Assembly: GCA_902772845.1 (NCBI GenBank)
Contig: CACYCI010000015.1
Coordinates: 1 to 53,298 of the forward strand
DNA length: 53,298 bases
Source of the DNA: an uncultured Ruminococcus sp.
Lineage (GTDB): Bacteria > Bacillota > Clostridia > Oscillospirales > CAG-382
Direction of reading: 5' to 3'
Shown here: positions 36,666 through 49,781 of the stretch, piece after piece
Numbering within the stretch: position 1 is the first letter of the stretch
Layout of the letters: each line of letters opens with the position of its first letter
The notes under the pieces: model-generated
Databases searched by the model: none
Told to the model about the DNA's origin: nothing
Seen by the model: only the letters and a program-made list of their open reading frames with translations
Program-made: the position numbers and the translations under genes

Positions 36666-37698
36666 AGAAAAAGAAGTACTCCTCCGGGTTGAACATCTTA
36701 AACAGTATTTCAAACTTGGTATCGGAGCCAAGGTCAAAGCCGTTGACGATATATCTTTTGATATAAAGCGCGGCGAAGTATTTGGCATGGTCGGCGAATC
36801 CGGCTGCGGCAAGACTACGACCGGGCGCGATATCATAAAACTGTACGACATCACCGGCGGCGACGTGTATTTCAAAGGTTACCGTATCAGCTCCGGTATA
36901 AAAGAGAAAAAGAAACAGCTCAAACAGCTCAAAAAAGAAGGCAAGACTGCCGAAGCGGAAGCTCTTGCAAAGGATATAAAGACCGCTAAGTCAGACGTCA
37001 AAAAGGCAAAAAAGGCCAAGGTCATGACAGGTATGCAAATGATCTTTCAGGATCCGTCAGCGTGCTTGAACCCGCGTATGACGATACGCGAGATCATTGC
37101 CGAAGGGCTCGTAATAGCCGGTGAAAAAGACAAAGCAGTCATAGACCGCCGCGTCAAGGAAGTGCTCGACATGGTCGGTCTGCTTCCCGAACACGCAGAA
37201 CGCTATCAGCATGAGTTTTCCGGCGGTCAGCGCCAGCGCGTCGGTATTGCCCGCGCAATGGTGCTCAAGCCAGACCTCATCATTGCCGACGAACCTATTT
37301 CCGCGCTCGACGTTTCCATTCAGGCGCAGGTAATAAACCTGCTCAACGAGCTCCGAACCAAAATGGGTCTTACGATAATGTTCATCGCCCACGACCTTTC
37401 GGTAGTCAAGTATTTCTCCGACCGTATTGCTGTTATGTATTACGGTCGTATGGTCGAGCTTGCCGAAACAGACGAACTGTTCGCACACCCGTTCCATCCG
37501 TATACCAGGGCTTTGCTTTCCGCGATCCCTCTGCCGGATCCCAATTACGAAAAACAGCGTAAACGTATAATCTACGAAAGCGCGCTCGCGCACGATTATT
37601 CCGTGCAGGGGCCGACTTTCCGGGAGATCAGACCCGGTCATTTTGTGCTTTGCAACGACGCGGAAGAACAGAAATACCGCGCAGAGTGCAGCGACTAA
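36658..37698 (+). CDS. oppF: Oligopeptide ABC ATP-binding protein
   Basis: GESGCGKT, MIFQDP, HEFSGGQRQR, ADEPISALDVSIQAQV, HPYTRALL; short Lys-rich insert. Confidence 0.93.
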   Translation: MAEEKEVLLRVEHLKQYFKLGIGAKVKAVDDISFDIKRGEVFGMVGESGCGKTTTGRDIIKLYDITGGDVYFKGYRISSGIKEKKKQLKQLKKEGKTAEAEALAKDIKTAKSDVKKAKKAKVMTGMQMIFQDPSACLNPRMTIREIIAEGLVIAGEKDKAVIDRRVKEVLDMVGLLPEHAERYQHEFSGGQRQRVGIARAMVLKPDLIIADEPISALDVSIQAQVINLLNELRTKMGLTIMFIAHDLSVVKYFSDRIAVMYYGRMVELAETDELFAHPFHPYTRALLSAIPLPDPNYEKQRKRIIYESALAHDYSVQGPTFREIRPGHFVLCNDAEEQKYRAECSD

Positions 37699-37701
37699 GC
37701 T

Positions 37702-38151
37702 ATGGAAGAAAACGAAAACAACGTCGTCCCCACCGAGGAAGCTTCCACAGGCGAAAAGAAAAAAGCGTTCCTTAAACGCTTTCTCATAACACTTGCAGTC
37801 GGCATCGTGCTGGCAATAGGGTTCATGTTCATGCTCGGCGCTTTTTCAAAGGAAACTTCCAAGGAAACGTTCAAAGCGCTCAGTGATTCCTGCTTTGTCA
37901 GCGGGATACTCATTGTGGGGGTGGGGCTGCTTGCAGTGGCCGCCAACGCCGGGACGTTTACCATGCTCGGCTATTCGGTGTCATTGTGGTTCAAATTGCT
38001 CCGCAAGGATCTTTCCAGCGAAAGCCGCAGCTATTACGAATACCGCAAACGCCGGCTCGAAAAAAAGAGCCCCGTGCTCCATTACATATGCGCCGGAGCT
38101 ATACTCTTACTCGCCGCGCTGACGTTCCTTGTTCTCTATAACGTCAAATAA
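37702..38151 (+). CDS. Small membrane protein, DUF3899-like
   Basis: Three TM segments; LSDSCFV.G...AGTF..LGYS...SYYEYR pattern; last gene of the opp operon. Confidence 0.65.
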   Translation: MEENENNVVPTEEASTGEKKKAFLKRFLITLAVGIVLAIGFMFMLGAFSKETSKETFKALSDSCFVSGILIVGVGLLAVAANAGTFTMLGYSVSLWFKLLRKDLSSESRSYYEYRKRRLEKKSPVLHYICAGAILLLAALTFLVLYNVK

Positions 38152-38153
38152 AC

Positions 38154-38186
38154 AAAAGATCCGCCTTTTCGCAAGGCGGATCTTTT
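38154..38186. terminator. Bidirectional terminator
   Basis: AAAAGATCCGCCTT-TTCGC-AAGGCGGATCTTTT. Confidence 0.88.
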
Positions 38187-38190
38187 ATGT

Positions 38191-38769
38191 TCAGTATATT
38201 GTCAGAAAATACATCGGGTGAAGATACCAGACGCCGCCGATCTTTATGAGGACGTACGCGCCGGAATCTGAAGATTCGTTGTCGTCGCCCCATGAATTCA
38301 GCGTGCCGACGGCTTTGACCGCGCTTTGAACAGAGTCTGCGTCAAGAGTATATTCTATAACGTTGTAATCGATATACTTGGCAAATTCACGCTCATGTTC
38401 CGCAGGCGGATAGTCGAGTATGGCGTGGACCAGGAATTCGCTTGCAAAGCCCTTGCCGTAGTTAGTTTCGCCGTTTTCAACGGCGGGGGTAAGATAATTG
38501 GTCTGCAGATATTCTTCCAAAGGAACGCCTTCTATAAGCTCGTAGGACGTTCTCGCAACGGCTATAAAATCCGGTGGAAAAGCGGAAATATAGAGTTCAG
38601 GGTCGCATGCGGCCTGAGCATCGATCACTGTCTGTATCGGCAGGGCTTCTTCACGCGTGATCCGCACCGCTTTTCGGCGACATGATGTCAGCAGCAGAAG
38701 CAAACACAGAACTAACGCCGCCGCCTTTGCCTTATTCGCTTTTCGCCTTATTGTTGAGTCTGAGTTCAT
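38191..38769 (-). CDS. Hypothetical lipoprotein
   Basis: Lipobox LTSC; C-terminal LIKIGGVWYL (NTF2-like-type ending); overlaps the ftsK 3' end. Confidence 0.6.
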   Translation of the reverse strand: MNSDSTIRRKANKAKAAALVLCLLLLLTSCRRKAVRITREEALPIQTVIDAQAACDPELYISAFPPDFIAVARTSYELIEGVPLEEYLQTNYLTPAVENGETNYGKGFASEFLVHAILDYPPAEHEREFAKYIDYNVIEYTLDADSVQSAVKAVGTLNSWGDDNESSDSGAYVLIKIGGVWYLHPMYFLTIY

Positions 38770-41359
38770 CGTATTCTTCCTTGGTAAGTATTATCTTGCG
38801 TTTCTTTGTCGCCGGATCGAACTTACTGACGTAGCCGCGGTCTTCCATCATGTCTATCATCTTTTGCGCTCTGGCGTAACCGACCGAAAGCTTGCGCTGC
38901 AGCAGGGAAGTAGCCATCGTCTCGTATTCGAACGCTATGCCAAGCGCGTCCATGAACAGAGGATCTTCCTGCTCGTCGCCGGAAGAGACAGGCCCTGCGG
39001 AATGCTTGGCCTGCTTGCCGCACTGTGAAGCTTCCTGTTCGATCATCTTCATTACGTCGTCGCTGTAAGTCGCCTGAACGGAATTCTTTACAAAATTGCA
39101 TACGGCGGTGACTTCTGTCTTCCCGTCGACGTACGCGCCCTGAACACGGATCTTTTTCATGGATTTGACGGGGGCAAACAGCATATCGCCTTTGCCCAGC
39201 AGCGCTTCTGCGCCGCTTTCGTCGAGTATGATGCGTGAATCGATCGCCGAAGAAACGGTGAACGCTATTTTGGAAGGTATGTTTGCTTTGATAAGGCCGG
39301 TGATGACTGTGGCGTCAGGTCTCTGCGTGCCCAAAATGAGGTATATGCCGGCGGCGCGCGCCTTTTGAGCAAGGCGGCAGATAGAAGTTTCTACCGCGTC
39401 TTTGGCTGTCATCATCAGATCGGCGAGCTCGTCGATTATAATGACTATATACGGCAGCTTTTCGCGTTCCGGGTCGCCTTCGACCATGGAATTGTATTCG
39501 TCAAGATTGCGCGCCGACCCCAGCGATTCCATAAGCGAATAACGGCGTTCCATTTCGTTGACTGCCCAGTTCAGCGAACCGGCGGCTGTGCGCGGATCGT
39601 TCACGACAGGCACCATAAGGTGCGGGATCCCGTTATAACACGAAAGCTCTATCTTCTTGGGGTCGATCATTATGAATTTAAGCTCGTCCGGCGTGGCGCG
39701 GTAGAGCAGCGAAATGATGAGCGAGTTTATACATACCGATTTACCCATACCGGTAGCGCCGGCAATTATAAGATGCGGCATATCGGGTATGTCAAAATAT
39801 ATGGGGTTGCCGCCGACGTCGACGCCGAGGCATACGAACAGTTTGGATTTGTTGTTGCGGAACAGTTCGTTATCGATAAGGTCGCGGAGTTTGACGACCG
39901 ACGCGGTGTCGTTGGGGATCTCTATACCTATAGCGGCCTTGCCCGGGATATTTGATTCGATCCGTACGCTCGACGCGGCGAGGCGCAAACGTATGTCGTC
40001 GGCAAGACTCTCTATGCGGCTGACACGAACGCCTTCGTCGGGCAGCACTTCGTAGCGCGTTACGGCGGGACCTTTGCTTGTGGAAACCAGCGTTACTTTG
40101 ACGCCGTAGGTACGCAAAACCGAAACCAGCTTCTGACCGATAAGCTGCGTGCGGTTGGGATCCTGGCGCAGATAATCGCTGCTTCCTTCCGAAAGCAGGG
40201 AAATGGGCGGAAATACGTAAGGCGGTACGGGAGGAGGCGCGTCTTCTGAAACTGTTGCGCCGTCGGGGAATACTTCGGCAGCGTCCGTATCGGTCGGGAC
40301 CTGTTCGACAGGCGCCGTTTCTTTTACGTCCACGGCGTCCGAATTGAATTCCGCAACGCTCACGTCGGGATCGGAATATTCGGTCGGCTCACCGACAAGC
40401 GGCGCATCGCCATCCGCTTCTTTGAAAAACGATTCGTAATTGCCTTCGTCGAGCGGATCTTTCGACACGACGGCAGGCGTTTCCGCTTTTCCTGCAAAGA
40501 CAGGCGCCGGATCTTCGACCGATGTGCTTTCCGCAGGCGCGGCGGGCTGTTCCGGTTCGATATCCGGTATTTCCGGCAGCTCGAATTTGTGTTTCTTCTC
40601 GGGCTTAGGCGCGGCAGGCACTTTTTGCTTGCGCGCTTCTTCTTCCGCTATGCGCGCTTTTTCGGCAAGTTCCGCTTCACGTTCGCGGCGGGCTTCGGCG
40701 GCTTTTTCCGCAGAACGCCTCACTGAACGGTAGATCGCCACCGGCGAGGTGCCGATAAGGAAGAGGAACGTGAGTATGGCCACGATATAGCTGATGATAT
40801 AAGTCAGGACCGGCTTTATAAGGAATTCGATCCCGCTGCCGAGCGTGCCGCCTATAAGACCGCCGCCCGTTCCCGACATACCGTTCTGGTAGAACACTTT
40901 GAAAAACGATACCTCGCCCTGATCGAACGAACGCTGCGCGGCATTTGCGGTGTGCATATGGACCAGCGCGAGCACAAACACGAAATTGGCGGCGCATATA
41001 AGGCAGCGCGCGCCGGTAGTGCCGTTTTTGCGGTCGCGTTTCCAAAACAGGGCTATGATCAAAAGATATACCGGCACGGCAAACGCTCCGTAACCGAACA
41101 GCCCCTTGAAAAAGGGCGCGGTGACCGAGCCGAGGTAGCCGGCGTTATCTTCCATTATAAGCAAAAGCAACAACAGCACGGCGACAGTACCGAGCACATA
41201 CGGAACAAAACCGAGCGGCTTTCTTTCCGTGCGCGCTTTTTCGGGCTCTGTCTTTACAGAGCCGTTCTTTATCGCCCGCTGAGTTTTTGGCTTGAGCTGT
41301 TTGACGGCGTTCCCGCCGTTTTTTGCTGTTTTCTTCTTTTGTGTGGTCGCCATTTTCAC
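38732..41359 (-). CDS. ftsK: DNA translocase FtsK/SpoIIIE
   Basis: N-terminal TM region, GPAVTRYE, MPHLIIAGATGMGKS, IIIDELADLM, GTQRP, gamma domain SLLQRKLSVGYARA. Confidence 0.96.
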   Translation of the reverse strand: MKMATTQKKKTAKNGGNAVKQLKPKTQRAIKNGSVKTEPEKARTERKPLGFVPYVLGTVAVLLLLLLIMEDNAGYLGSVTAPFFKGLFGYGAFAVPVYLLIIALFWKRDRKNGTTGARCLICAANFVFVLALVHMHTANAAQRSFDQGEVSFFKVFYQNGMSGTGGGLIGGTLGSGIEFLIKPVLTYIISYIVAILTFLFLIGTSPVAIYRSVRRSAEKAAEARREREAELAEKARIAEEEARKQKVPAAPKPEKKHKFELPEIPDIEPEQPAAPAESTSVEDPAPVFAGKAETPAVVSKDPLDEGNYESFFKEADGDAPLVGEPTEYSDPDVSVAEFNSDAVDVKETAPVEQVPTDTDAAEVFPDGATVSEDAPPPVPPYVFPPISLLSEGSSDYLRQDPNRTQLIGQKLVSVLRTYGVKVTLVSTSKGPAVTRYEVLPDEGVRVSRIESLADDIRLRLAASSVRIESNIPGKAAIGIEIPNDTASVVKLRDLIDNELFRNNKSKLFVCLGVDVGGNPIYFDIPDMPHLIIAGATGMGKSVCINSLIISLLYRATPDELKFIMIDPKKIELSCYNGIPHLMVPVVNDPRTAAGSLNWAVNEMERRYSLMESLGSARNLDEYNSMVEGDPEREKLPYIVIIIDELADLMMTAKDAVETSICRLAQKARAAGIYLILGTQRPDATVITGLIKANIPSKIAFTVSSAIDSRIILDESGAEALLGKGDMLFAPVKSMKKIRVQGAYVDGKTEVTAVCNFVKNSVQATYSDDVMKMIEQEASQCGKQAKHSAGPVSSGDEQEDPLFMDALGIAFEYETMATSLLQRKLSVGYARAQKMIDMMEDRGYVSKFDPATKKRKIILTKEEYDELRLNNKAKSE

Positions 41360-41369
41360 CGAACCTTTT

Positions 41370-42203
41370 TTAGTTTATGATATCGTAGACGATCGCAGCC
41401 GCGCCGACTATGACGCAGTACAGCGAAAAGACCGAGAATTTTTTGCTTTTTGCAATATATTGCAGCAGTTTTATCGCGGCAAAACCGGATATCACAGCCG
41501 CTGCGATACCGCACAGTACCGCCGGAAGCGAACCTTCCGGCAGCGGATTTTCGTGCAGTTCAAACATTTTAAGTATGTTTGCCCCGGCAATAGCCGGTAT
41601 GGACATCAAAAACGAGATTTTTACCGCGTCCTCTTTGGAAAAGCCCGCCCACAGTCCGCCGGATACCGTTGCGCCGGAACGCGATATGCCGGGGAATATC
41701 CCCAACACCTGCATTATTCCGACCAAAAGCGCGTGCCGCGGACGTGCCGTCCGTATGTCGAGCGTACATTTGGAAAGTCTGTCTGCGAAAAACAGCAGCG
41801 CTCCGTTCAGGATCAAAAGCAGACCTATCGCCCAAACTACAGTCGATATAGCTTCGACCTTGTCTTCCAGCAGTACGGCTGCCGCAAGCGGGAGCGTGGC
41901 GATGAAGACGAGCAAAAACAGCTTTTCACCGCGGTCAAGACCTTCGCTCAGCCGCGAAGTGAAGAGCTTTTTCATAAGGGTGAAAAAGCTCTTCACCATT
42001 TCCCAGACATCCTTGCGGTAGACGAATATGACCGCCGCCAGCGTTCCCAAGTGCAGAAGGACCGTAAAAGTAAGATAGTCGGTTTCCACATCTGCGGCGC
42101 CGAAGATCCGCTGCGCCAGCGCAAGGTGGCCGGAAGACGAAACGGGCAGGAATTCCGTAAGCCCCTGAAGAAGGCCGTAGAGTATACCATCGATTATAGA
42201 CAT
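41370..42203 (-). CDS. uppP: Undecaprenyl-diphosphate phosphatase
   Basis: QGLTEFLPVSSSGHL, HLGTL, PGISRSGAT, SFLMSIPA. Confidence 0.96.
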   Translation of the reverse strand: MSIIDGILYGLLQGLTEFLPVSSSGHLALAQRIFGAADVETDYLTFTVLLHLGTLAAVIFVYRKDVWEMVKSFFTLMKKLFTSRLSEGLDRGEKLFLLVFIATLPLAAAVLLEDKVEAISTVVWAIGLLLILNGALLFFADRLSKCTLDIRTARPRHALLVGIMQVLGIFPGISRSGATVSGGLWAGFSKEDAVKISFLMSIPAIAGANILKMFELHENPLPEGSLPAVLCGIAAAVISGFAAIKLLQYIAKSKKFSVFSLYCVIVGAAAIVYDIIN

Positions 42204-42316
42204 TCATTTGCCTCCGAAACTGCATATTTCAAAAGAAAATATGTTCGTATCAGTCATATTATAACCTTTTTTGCCCGATATGTCAAGCAGATCCGAAAAA
42301 TTATGTCAACCTCACG

Positions 42317-43543
42317 TCAAAACGCCCAGGTGCCGTTTTTGAATATTTCAAACGGCTTGCCGTCTTTGTAGCCGGTTATGGAAAGGTCTTCTGCGCCTAC
42401 CATAAAATCGACGTGGATCATGGAATCGTTGAGCCCCATCGCCTTGCGTTCTTCCGACGAAAGGTTTTCGAAACCTTCTATGCAATCGGCGTAGCCGGAC
42501 CCTAACGCAACGTGGCACGAAGCGTTTTCGTCGAACAGAGTTTCGTAGAAGAGCACTCCGCATTTATCAACGCCGGAACCTTTCGGAACGAGTGCCACTT
42601 CGCCCAGATATGCTGCGCCTTCATCCATGGTGATCATTTTTTCGAGCAGATCGTCGTTTTTTTCCGCCTTGTGCGCCACGACTTTGCCGTCTTTGAATGT
42701 GAATTCAAAGTTTTCTATAAGCGCGCCGTTGTAAGAAAGCGGCTTTGTGGAAACGAGCCGGCCTTCGGCGCGGCCTTTCCACGGAGCGGTGAATACTTCT
42801 TCGGTGGGCAGATTCGGGTTGAACGAAACGCCGCCGAGCGTGGTATCGCTGCCGCCCGCCCAACGGGACACAGGCATAAGCCATACCTTGAAATCAGTCC
42901 CGTTTTTGGATCTGTAATGCAGATAATCAAAATGCTTTTCGTTGAGCAGGGCGCTGCGCTTTTTGAAATCTGCGTTGCGCTTTGCCCAGTCTGCCACGGG
43001 ATCGTTTTCTTTTCCCACATAGCAGGTAGTGAATATGGCGTCCCACAGTTTGTTCATGGCGACCGACGCTCGCTCGTCTGGGAACACTTTCTTTGCCCAC
43101 GCCGGAGAGGGAACTGCGGCGATGGTCCACTGATGTCTGTTTTCCATGGCTTCGCGGTAGGGTTTTATTTTAGGGTAGGTCGCCTGACGCGCTTTCGAGA
43201 CCTTTTCAAAATCAACGCCGTTTAGCCCGTCGGGATCTTCCGAAAGAATGACGATCCTGGCAGGCAGCGTGTTTGCCATCCATTTCATCTTTTCTTCGCG
43301 CCATGCCGGATATTCAGAAAGCTTTTTAAGAGTCATTTTTTTGTAATTGAGCTTTGTCATCGGCTGGTAAGACCATTCAATCGATACTTCTGAAGCCCCG
43401 GCGCGGTAGCACTCTTCGGCCACCATAAGCGCGAAATCATGCTGTTCGACGGCGCAGTATATAACTACCTCCTGCTTTTTCTGTACGTTGGCACCGCACT
43501 TTACTATGAGCGACGCGTATTTTCTGAGCATTGTTTTGTTCAC
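42317..43543 (-). CDS. M29 (AmpS/PepS-type) aminopeptidase
   Basis: PNLPTEEVFTAP, YLGEVALV, TLFDENASCHVALG, NDSMIHVDFM. Confidence 0.93.
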   Translation of the reverse strand: MNKTMLRKYASLIVKCGANVQKKQEVVIYCAVEQHDFALMVAEECYRAGASEVSIEWSYQPMTKLNYKKMTLKKLSEYPAWREEKMKWMANTLPARIVILSEDPDGLNGVDFEKVSKARQATYPKIKPYREAMENRHQWTIAAVPSPAWAKKVFPDERASVAMNKLWDAIFTTCYVGKENDPVADWAKRNADFKKRSALLNEKHFDYLHYRSKNGTDFKVWLMPVSRWAGGSDTTLGGVSFNPNLPTEEVFTAPWKGRAEGRLVSTKPLSYNGALIENFEFTFKDGKVVAHKAEKNDDLLEKMITMDEGAAYLGEVALVPKGSGVDKCGVLFYETLFDENASCHVALGSGYADCIEGFENLSSEERKAMGLNDSMIHVDFMVGAEDLSITGYKDGKPFEIFKNGTWAF

Positions 43544-43558
43544 GGTGATATATCTCCT

Positions 43559-46506
<2,948 letters not shown>

Positions 46507-46507
46507 T

Positions 46508-47200
46508 CTATTCCTCTGCTATATCAAAAGATTTGTCGTCAGTTATCCTTCCGTCGCCGCTGATGGGGATCGTATCGCCCAGATATTTAGGATCCGGCTT
46601 GAATACGGCGCTGAACACCGCCTTTACGCGCGCCAGCGCTTCGCGCACGTGGTTGGAAAAATAATAGCTGCTGCGGTCGCTTTTGACGCCGTAAATGTCC
46701 AGCCCCACCGCTTTGCCCAAAAATACAGTGCGGTAAATGTGGAACCCTTGCGTGACCGCTATGACTTTTTCGCACCCGAACACTTTTTTTGCGCGTGCGA
46801 GCGAATCGTAGGTATTAAAACCCGCGTGGTCGCAGAAAATATCACAGGAAGGCACACCGTGCTCAAGCGCGTACTTTTTCATAACGTACGGTTCGTCGTA
46901 CTCGGTAGTGCCGTGGTCGCCTGACATCAGCAGCTTCGGCGCCGCTCCGGCGAAATAGAGCTCTATCGCAACGTCAAGCCGGTCTTTCAGCACTCCGGAA
47001 GGCTTGTCGCCTTCCGTCTTGGCGCCGAGTACGAGAATGCAGTCTGAGCCGAGCGAAGAGGCGGAATCCTGCGTAATGATGCGCGACTTTGCCGAAAGTA
47101 TTACCGTAAGATTTGCGGCGGCGACGAAGATCACCAGGGCAGCGACCGCAGCGCCGACGCAAATGAGCGCCTTTTTAAGAGTTTTCGATCTGCTTTTCAT
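46508..47200 (-). CDS. SanA/ElyC/YdcF (DUF218) family protein
   Basis: N-terminal TM, ILVLGA, DRLD, LMSGD, YDE, DHAGFNTYDS, VTQGFH, REALA. Confidence 0.88.
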   Translation of the reverse strand: MKSRSKTLKKALICVGAAVAALVIFVAAANLTVILSAKSRIITQDSASSLGSDCILVLGAKTEGDKPSGVLKDRLDVAIELYFAGAAPKLLMSGDHGTTEYDEPYVMKKYALEHGVPSCDIFCDHAGFNTYDSLARAKKVFGCEKVIAVTQGFHIYRTVFLGKAVGLDIYGVKSDRSSYYFSNHVREALARVKAVFSAVFKPDPKYLGDTIPISGDGRITDDKSFDIAEE

Positions 47201-48038
47201 AATACTTTTTCATTGTAAGCGCGTCTTCCGCCATAGTACCGTCGGATTCGCAAATGACCGTGGGGTGTACTCCCAAAGCCGCCGCCGCCTGCAGGAACTG
47301 CTCGTAAGACGGACCGTATATTTCGTCTTCAAATGTCAGATGCTTTTTTTCGCCCATTTTTGTATATTCTATCTTGGAAAAATGGCAGTGAAGCGTTTCG
47401 GCACGGTCGGCGCCGAGGCAGGCGGACACCGTTTCGAAAATGCGCTTGAAATCGTCTGCGTTTTTCAGCCCGCCCTGCGTGCGCGCGTTCAAATGACCGA
47501 AATCGACTACCGGGCGGAAATGCTTTTCGCTCACTCGGCAAAGCCGTATGACTTCTTCGAGCGTACCGAGCTGGTTTATCTTGCCCATGGTCTCCAGCCC
47601 CGCGTAAGCGGTATATCCGCCCTCTTCCAGCGCCATGGCTGCGGAATAAAGCGTGCTTTCGGCGCGTTTCATGGCCTCCTCGCGGTCGGCGCCGCCCGCT
47701 GACCCCGAATGCACAACGAATATACGCGCCCCCAAAAGTTCGCAGGCGGATGCCGAACGCGTTATGTAACCGACGCTGTTATTGCGTTTTTCTTCTTCTG
47801 CAGAAGAAAGGGAAATATAATAAGGCGCGTGAAGCGAAACGCTGACGCCCTGCTTCGCCGCCTCTGCGCCTATTGCCCGCAGCGTGTCGTCAGAAGCGTA
47901 AATGCCTTTCCCGCCCTGATATTCGTATGCGTCAAGGCCTTTTTGCTTCAGCCATTCGAACGCCTGTATCGTACTCTTTTTCCCGTCGGCGTAAAACGAA
48001 AGCGAGTTCCCGGCGGGGCCGAATTCAGTTCTTTTCAT
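47175..48038 (-). CDS. Endonuclease IV-like AP endonuclease (TIM barrel)
   Basis: FGPAG, SLHAPYYI, VVHSG, ETMGK, DFGHL, HCHFS, GEKKH, ICES. Confidence 0.85.
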   Translation of the reverse strand: MKRTEFGPAGNSLSFYADGKKSTIQAFEWLKQKGLDAYEYQGGKGIYASDDTLRAIGAEAAKQGVSVSLHAPYYISLSSAEEEKRNNSVGYITRSASACELLGARIFVVHSGSAGGADREEAMKRAESTLYSAAMALEEGGYTAYAGLETMGKINQLGTLEEVIRLCRVSEKHFRPVVDFGHLNARTQGGLKNADDFKRIFETVSACLGADRAETLHCHFSKIEYTKMGEKKHLTFEDEIYGPSYEQFLQAAAALGVHPTVICESDGTMAEDALTMKKYYEKQIENS

Positions 48039-48573
48039 TGGACCGTTCCTTTTCTTTTTCCGCTTTTTTGGCTTTGCGCGCGTTGTAGATCTTTATAAAC
48101 GGTTTTTCCAGCCGGCGCTTTATGCGGAAAAACAGCGTGGGTTTGTCTTTTATGGGCTTTACAAGGAAGCATTCTATGCCCGCGCGGTGAGCCGCGAGGC
48201 AGTCGGTGAATATCTGATCTCCCACCAGCAGCGCCTCTTCCTTGCTGCATTCAAGATGGTCTATACACCTCAATATCCCCTTGGGCGACGGCTTTGAAGC
48301 GTCAGAGACGAAGAAAAAGCCGAGTTCGGCTGTAAAAACACGCGCCCGGTCGTGTTTATTGTTGGAAACGAAAGCGATCTTCAGACCCGCGTTCACCAGA
48401 CTCGAAAAATACTCTTTCATTTCAAAAGTCGGCGTGGCTATTTCATACGGGGCTACCGTGTTGTCTATGTCGAAGATAACGCCCTTCTTGTTCCGCAAGA
48501 CCAGATCGTCGGCTGTTATTTCGTATATGTCGTTGTACATTGCCTCGGGAACGAGCATCTTCTTCAGCCGCAA
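48025..48573 (-). CDS. YqeG-family HAD IIIA phosphatase
   Basis: IFDIDNTV, VSNN, ASKP, VGDQIFTD. Confidence 0.9.
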   Translation of the reverse strand: MRLKKMLVPEAMYNDIYEITADDLVLRNKKGVIFDIDNTVAPYEIATPTFEMKEYFSSLVNAGLKIAFVSNNKHDRARVFTAELGFFFVSDASKPSPKGILRCIDHLECSKEEALLVGDQIFTDCLAAHRAGIECFLVKPIKDKPTLFFRIKRRLEKPFIKIYNARKAKKAEKEKERSNEKN

Positions 48574-48678
48574 AGCATAAATCTCCTTATAAAAAGGTAT
48601 ATATTTCTACACATATAATAATATATATTTTTTTCAATATGTCAAGCGAACAGCGAAAAATTCACAAAAAAATACGTA

Positions 48679-48707
48679 TTGACAATAACTGTAAATATGG
48701 ATATAAT
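48679..48707 (+). promoter_or_regulatory. Consensus sigma-A promoter
   Basis: TTGACA-17-TATAAT; a divergent TTGACA sits at 48645-48640. Confidence 0.8.
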
Positions 48708-48736
48708 AAAGTGATAATATTTTGACGGAGCAATTC

Positions 48737-49780
48737 ATGGATAAAACCAAAAGAAAGCGGAATTTGATCTTTGGAATAATATTCCTGATCCTGCTTTTTG
48801 TGCTGACATATTTCATAATATTCCGTAAAATAGAACTCGGCAAGGTATACGATATCATAAAATCTGCAGACTGGCGTTTTATATTCGCGGCTTTTTCTAT
48901 GATAATCGTATATTTCGTCCTTTACGGCTTTTTCTGCCGCGAAACGCTAAGGTTCAAGGGCGTAAAGACCGGCATGCTGAAGGGGATCGTATACGGCTGC
49001 GCGGATTTTTATTTTTCCGCTATAACTCCGTCGGCTACTGGCGGGCAGCCGATGGTAGTGTATTACATGACCCGCGACAAAGTGCCGGCTTCCGCCGCCA
49101 CTCTTTCCACAGTCCTGCTCACCGTGCTTTTTAAAGTGGTGCTGCTAGTGCTCAATTTGGGGTCGCTCATCTTCTTCCATGACGTTTGGTTCGCAGGCGG
49201 CACGCTGTTTATAGCGCTTTGGTTTTTCGGGCTTATCATCTGCATCGGCATGATAGCGCTCGCCATAGTCACCATGTTTTACCAAAAGCTCACGTTCGCT
49301 ATAGGCAGGTTCATTATCCGTATCGGTTCCAAACTGCGCCTGATCAAAGATCTTGACAAAGCTCAGGATTCCTACTACAGGTTCACCACCGAATACAGGC
49401 AGGCCGCGGAGGATATAAAAGGGCATAAACTTTTTATGCTTGAGCTTTTCCTTATTGTTTTCTTTATGCGCCTTGCGTTTTTCTCGGTCGCGTTTCTGGT
49501 ATACCGCTCGTTCGGGCAGAACGATTATTCCTATTTCTACTTTGTCGCCGTTCAGGCGTTTATCGCCCTGGCGGTGGATTCTCTGCCGCTGCCCGGCGGT
49601 ATGGGCGCCAACGAGGCGGCCATCATCATGATGTACCGCAACACTTTCGGGCCCGAAAAAGCCACCGGCGCAATGATACTCATTCGCTTTGCAAACTATT
49701 ATTTCGGATTACTGCTTTCCGCCGTTGTGGTGATGATCAACCACATGCGGCTTTCGCTGGTCAAGAAAAAGGACAAATAA
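48737..49780 (+). CDS. Lysylphosphatidylglycerol-synthase TM-domain / flippase-like membrane protein (UPF0104)
   Basis: FSAITPSATGGQP, PLPGGMGANE; multi-TM; RBS GGAG before ATG 48737. Confidence 0.85.
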   Translation: MDKTKRKRNLIFGIIFLILLFVLTYFIIFRKIELGKVYDIIKSADWRFIFAAFSMIIVYFVLYGFFCRETLRFKGVKTGMLKGIVYGCADFYFSAITPSATGGQPMVVYYMTRDKVPASAATLSTVLLTVLFKVVLLVLNLGSLIFFHDVWFAGGTLFIALWFFGLIICIGMIALAIVTMFYQKLTFAIGRFIIRIGSKLRLIKDLDKAQDSYYRFTTEYRQAAEDIKGHKLFMLELFLIVFFMRLAFFSVAFLVYRSFGQNDYSYFYFVAVQAFIALAVDSLPLPGGMGANEAAIIMMYRNTFGPEKATGAMILIRFANYYFGLLLSAVVVMINHMRLSLVKKKDK

Positions 49781-49781
49781 A

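Noticed and set aside
33021-36875. Long minus-strand ORFs (463 and 771 aa) over oppC and oppD
   Set aside because: Same codon-bias antisense artefact
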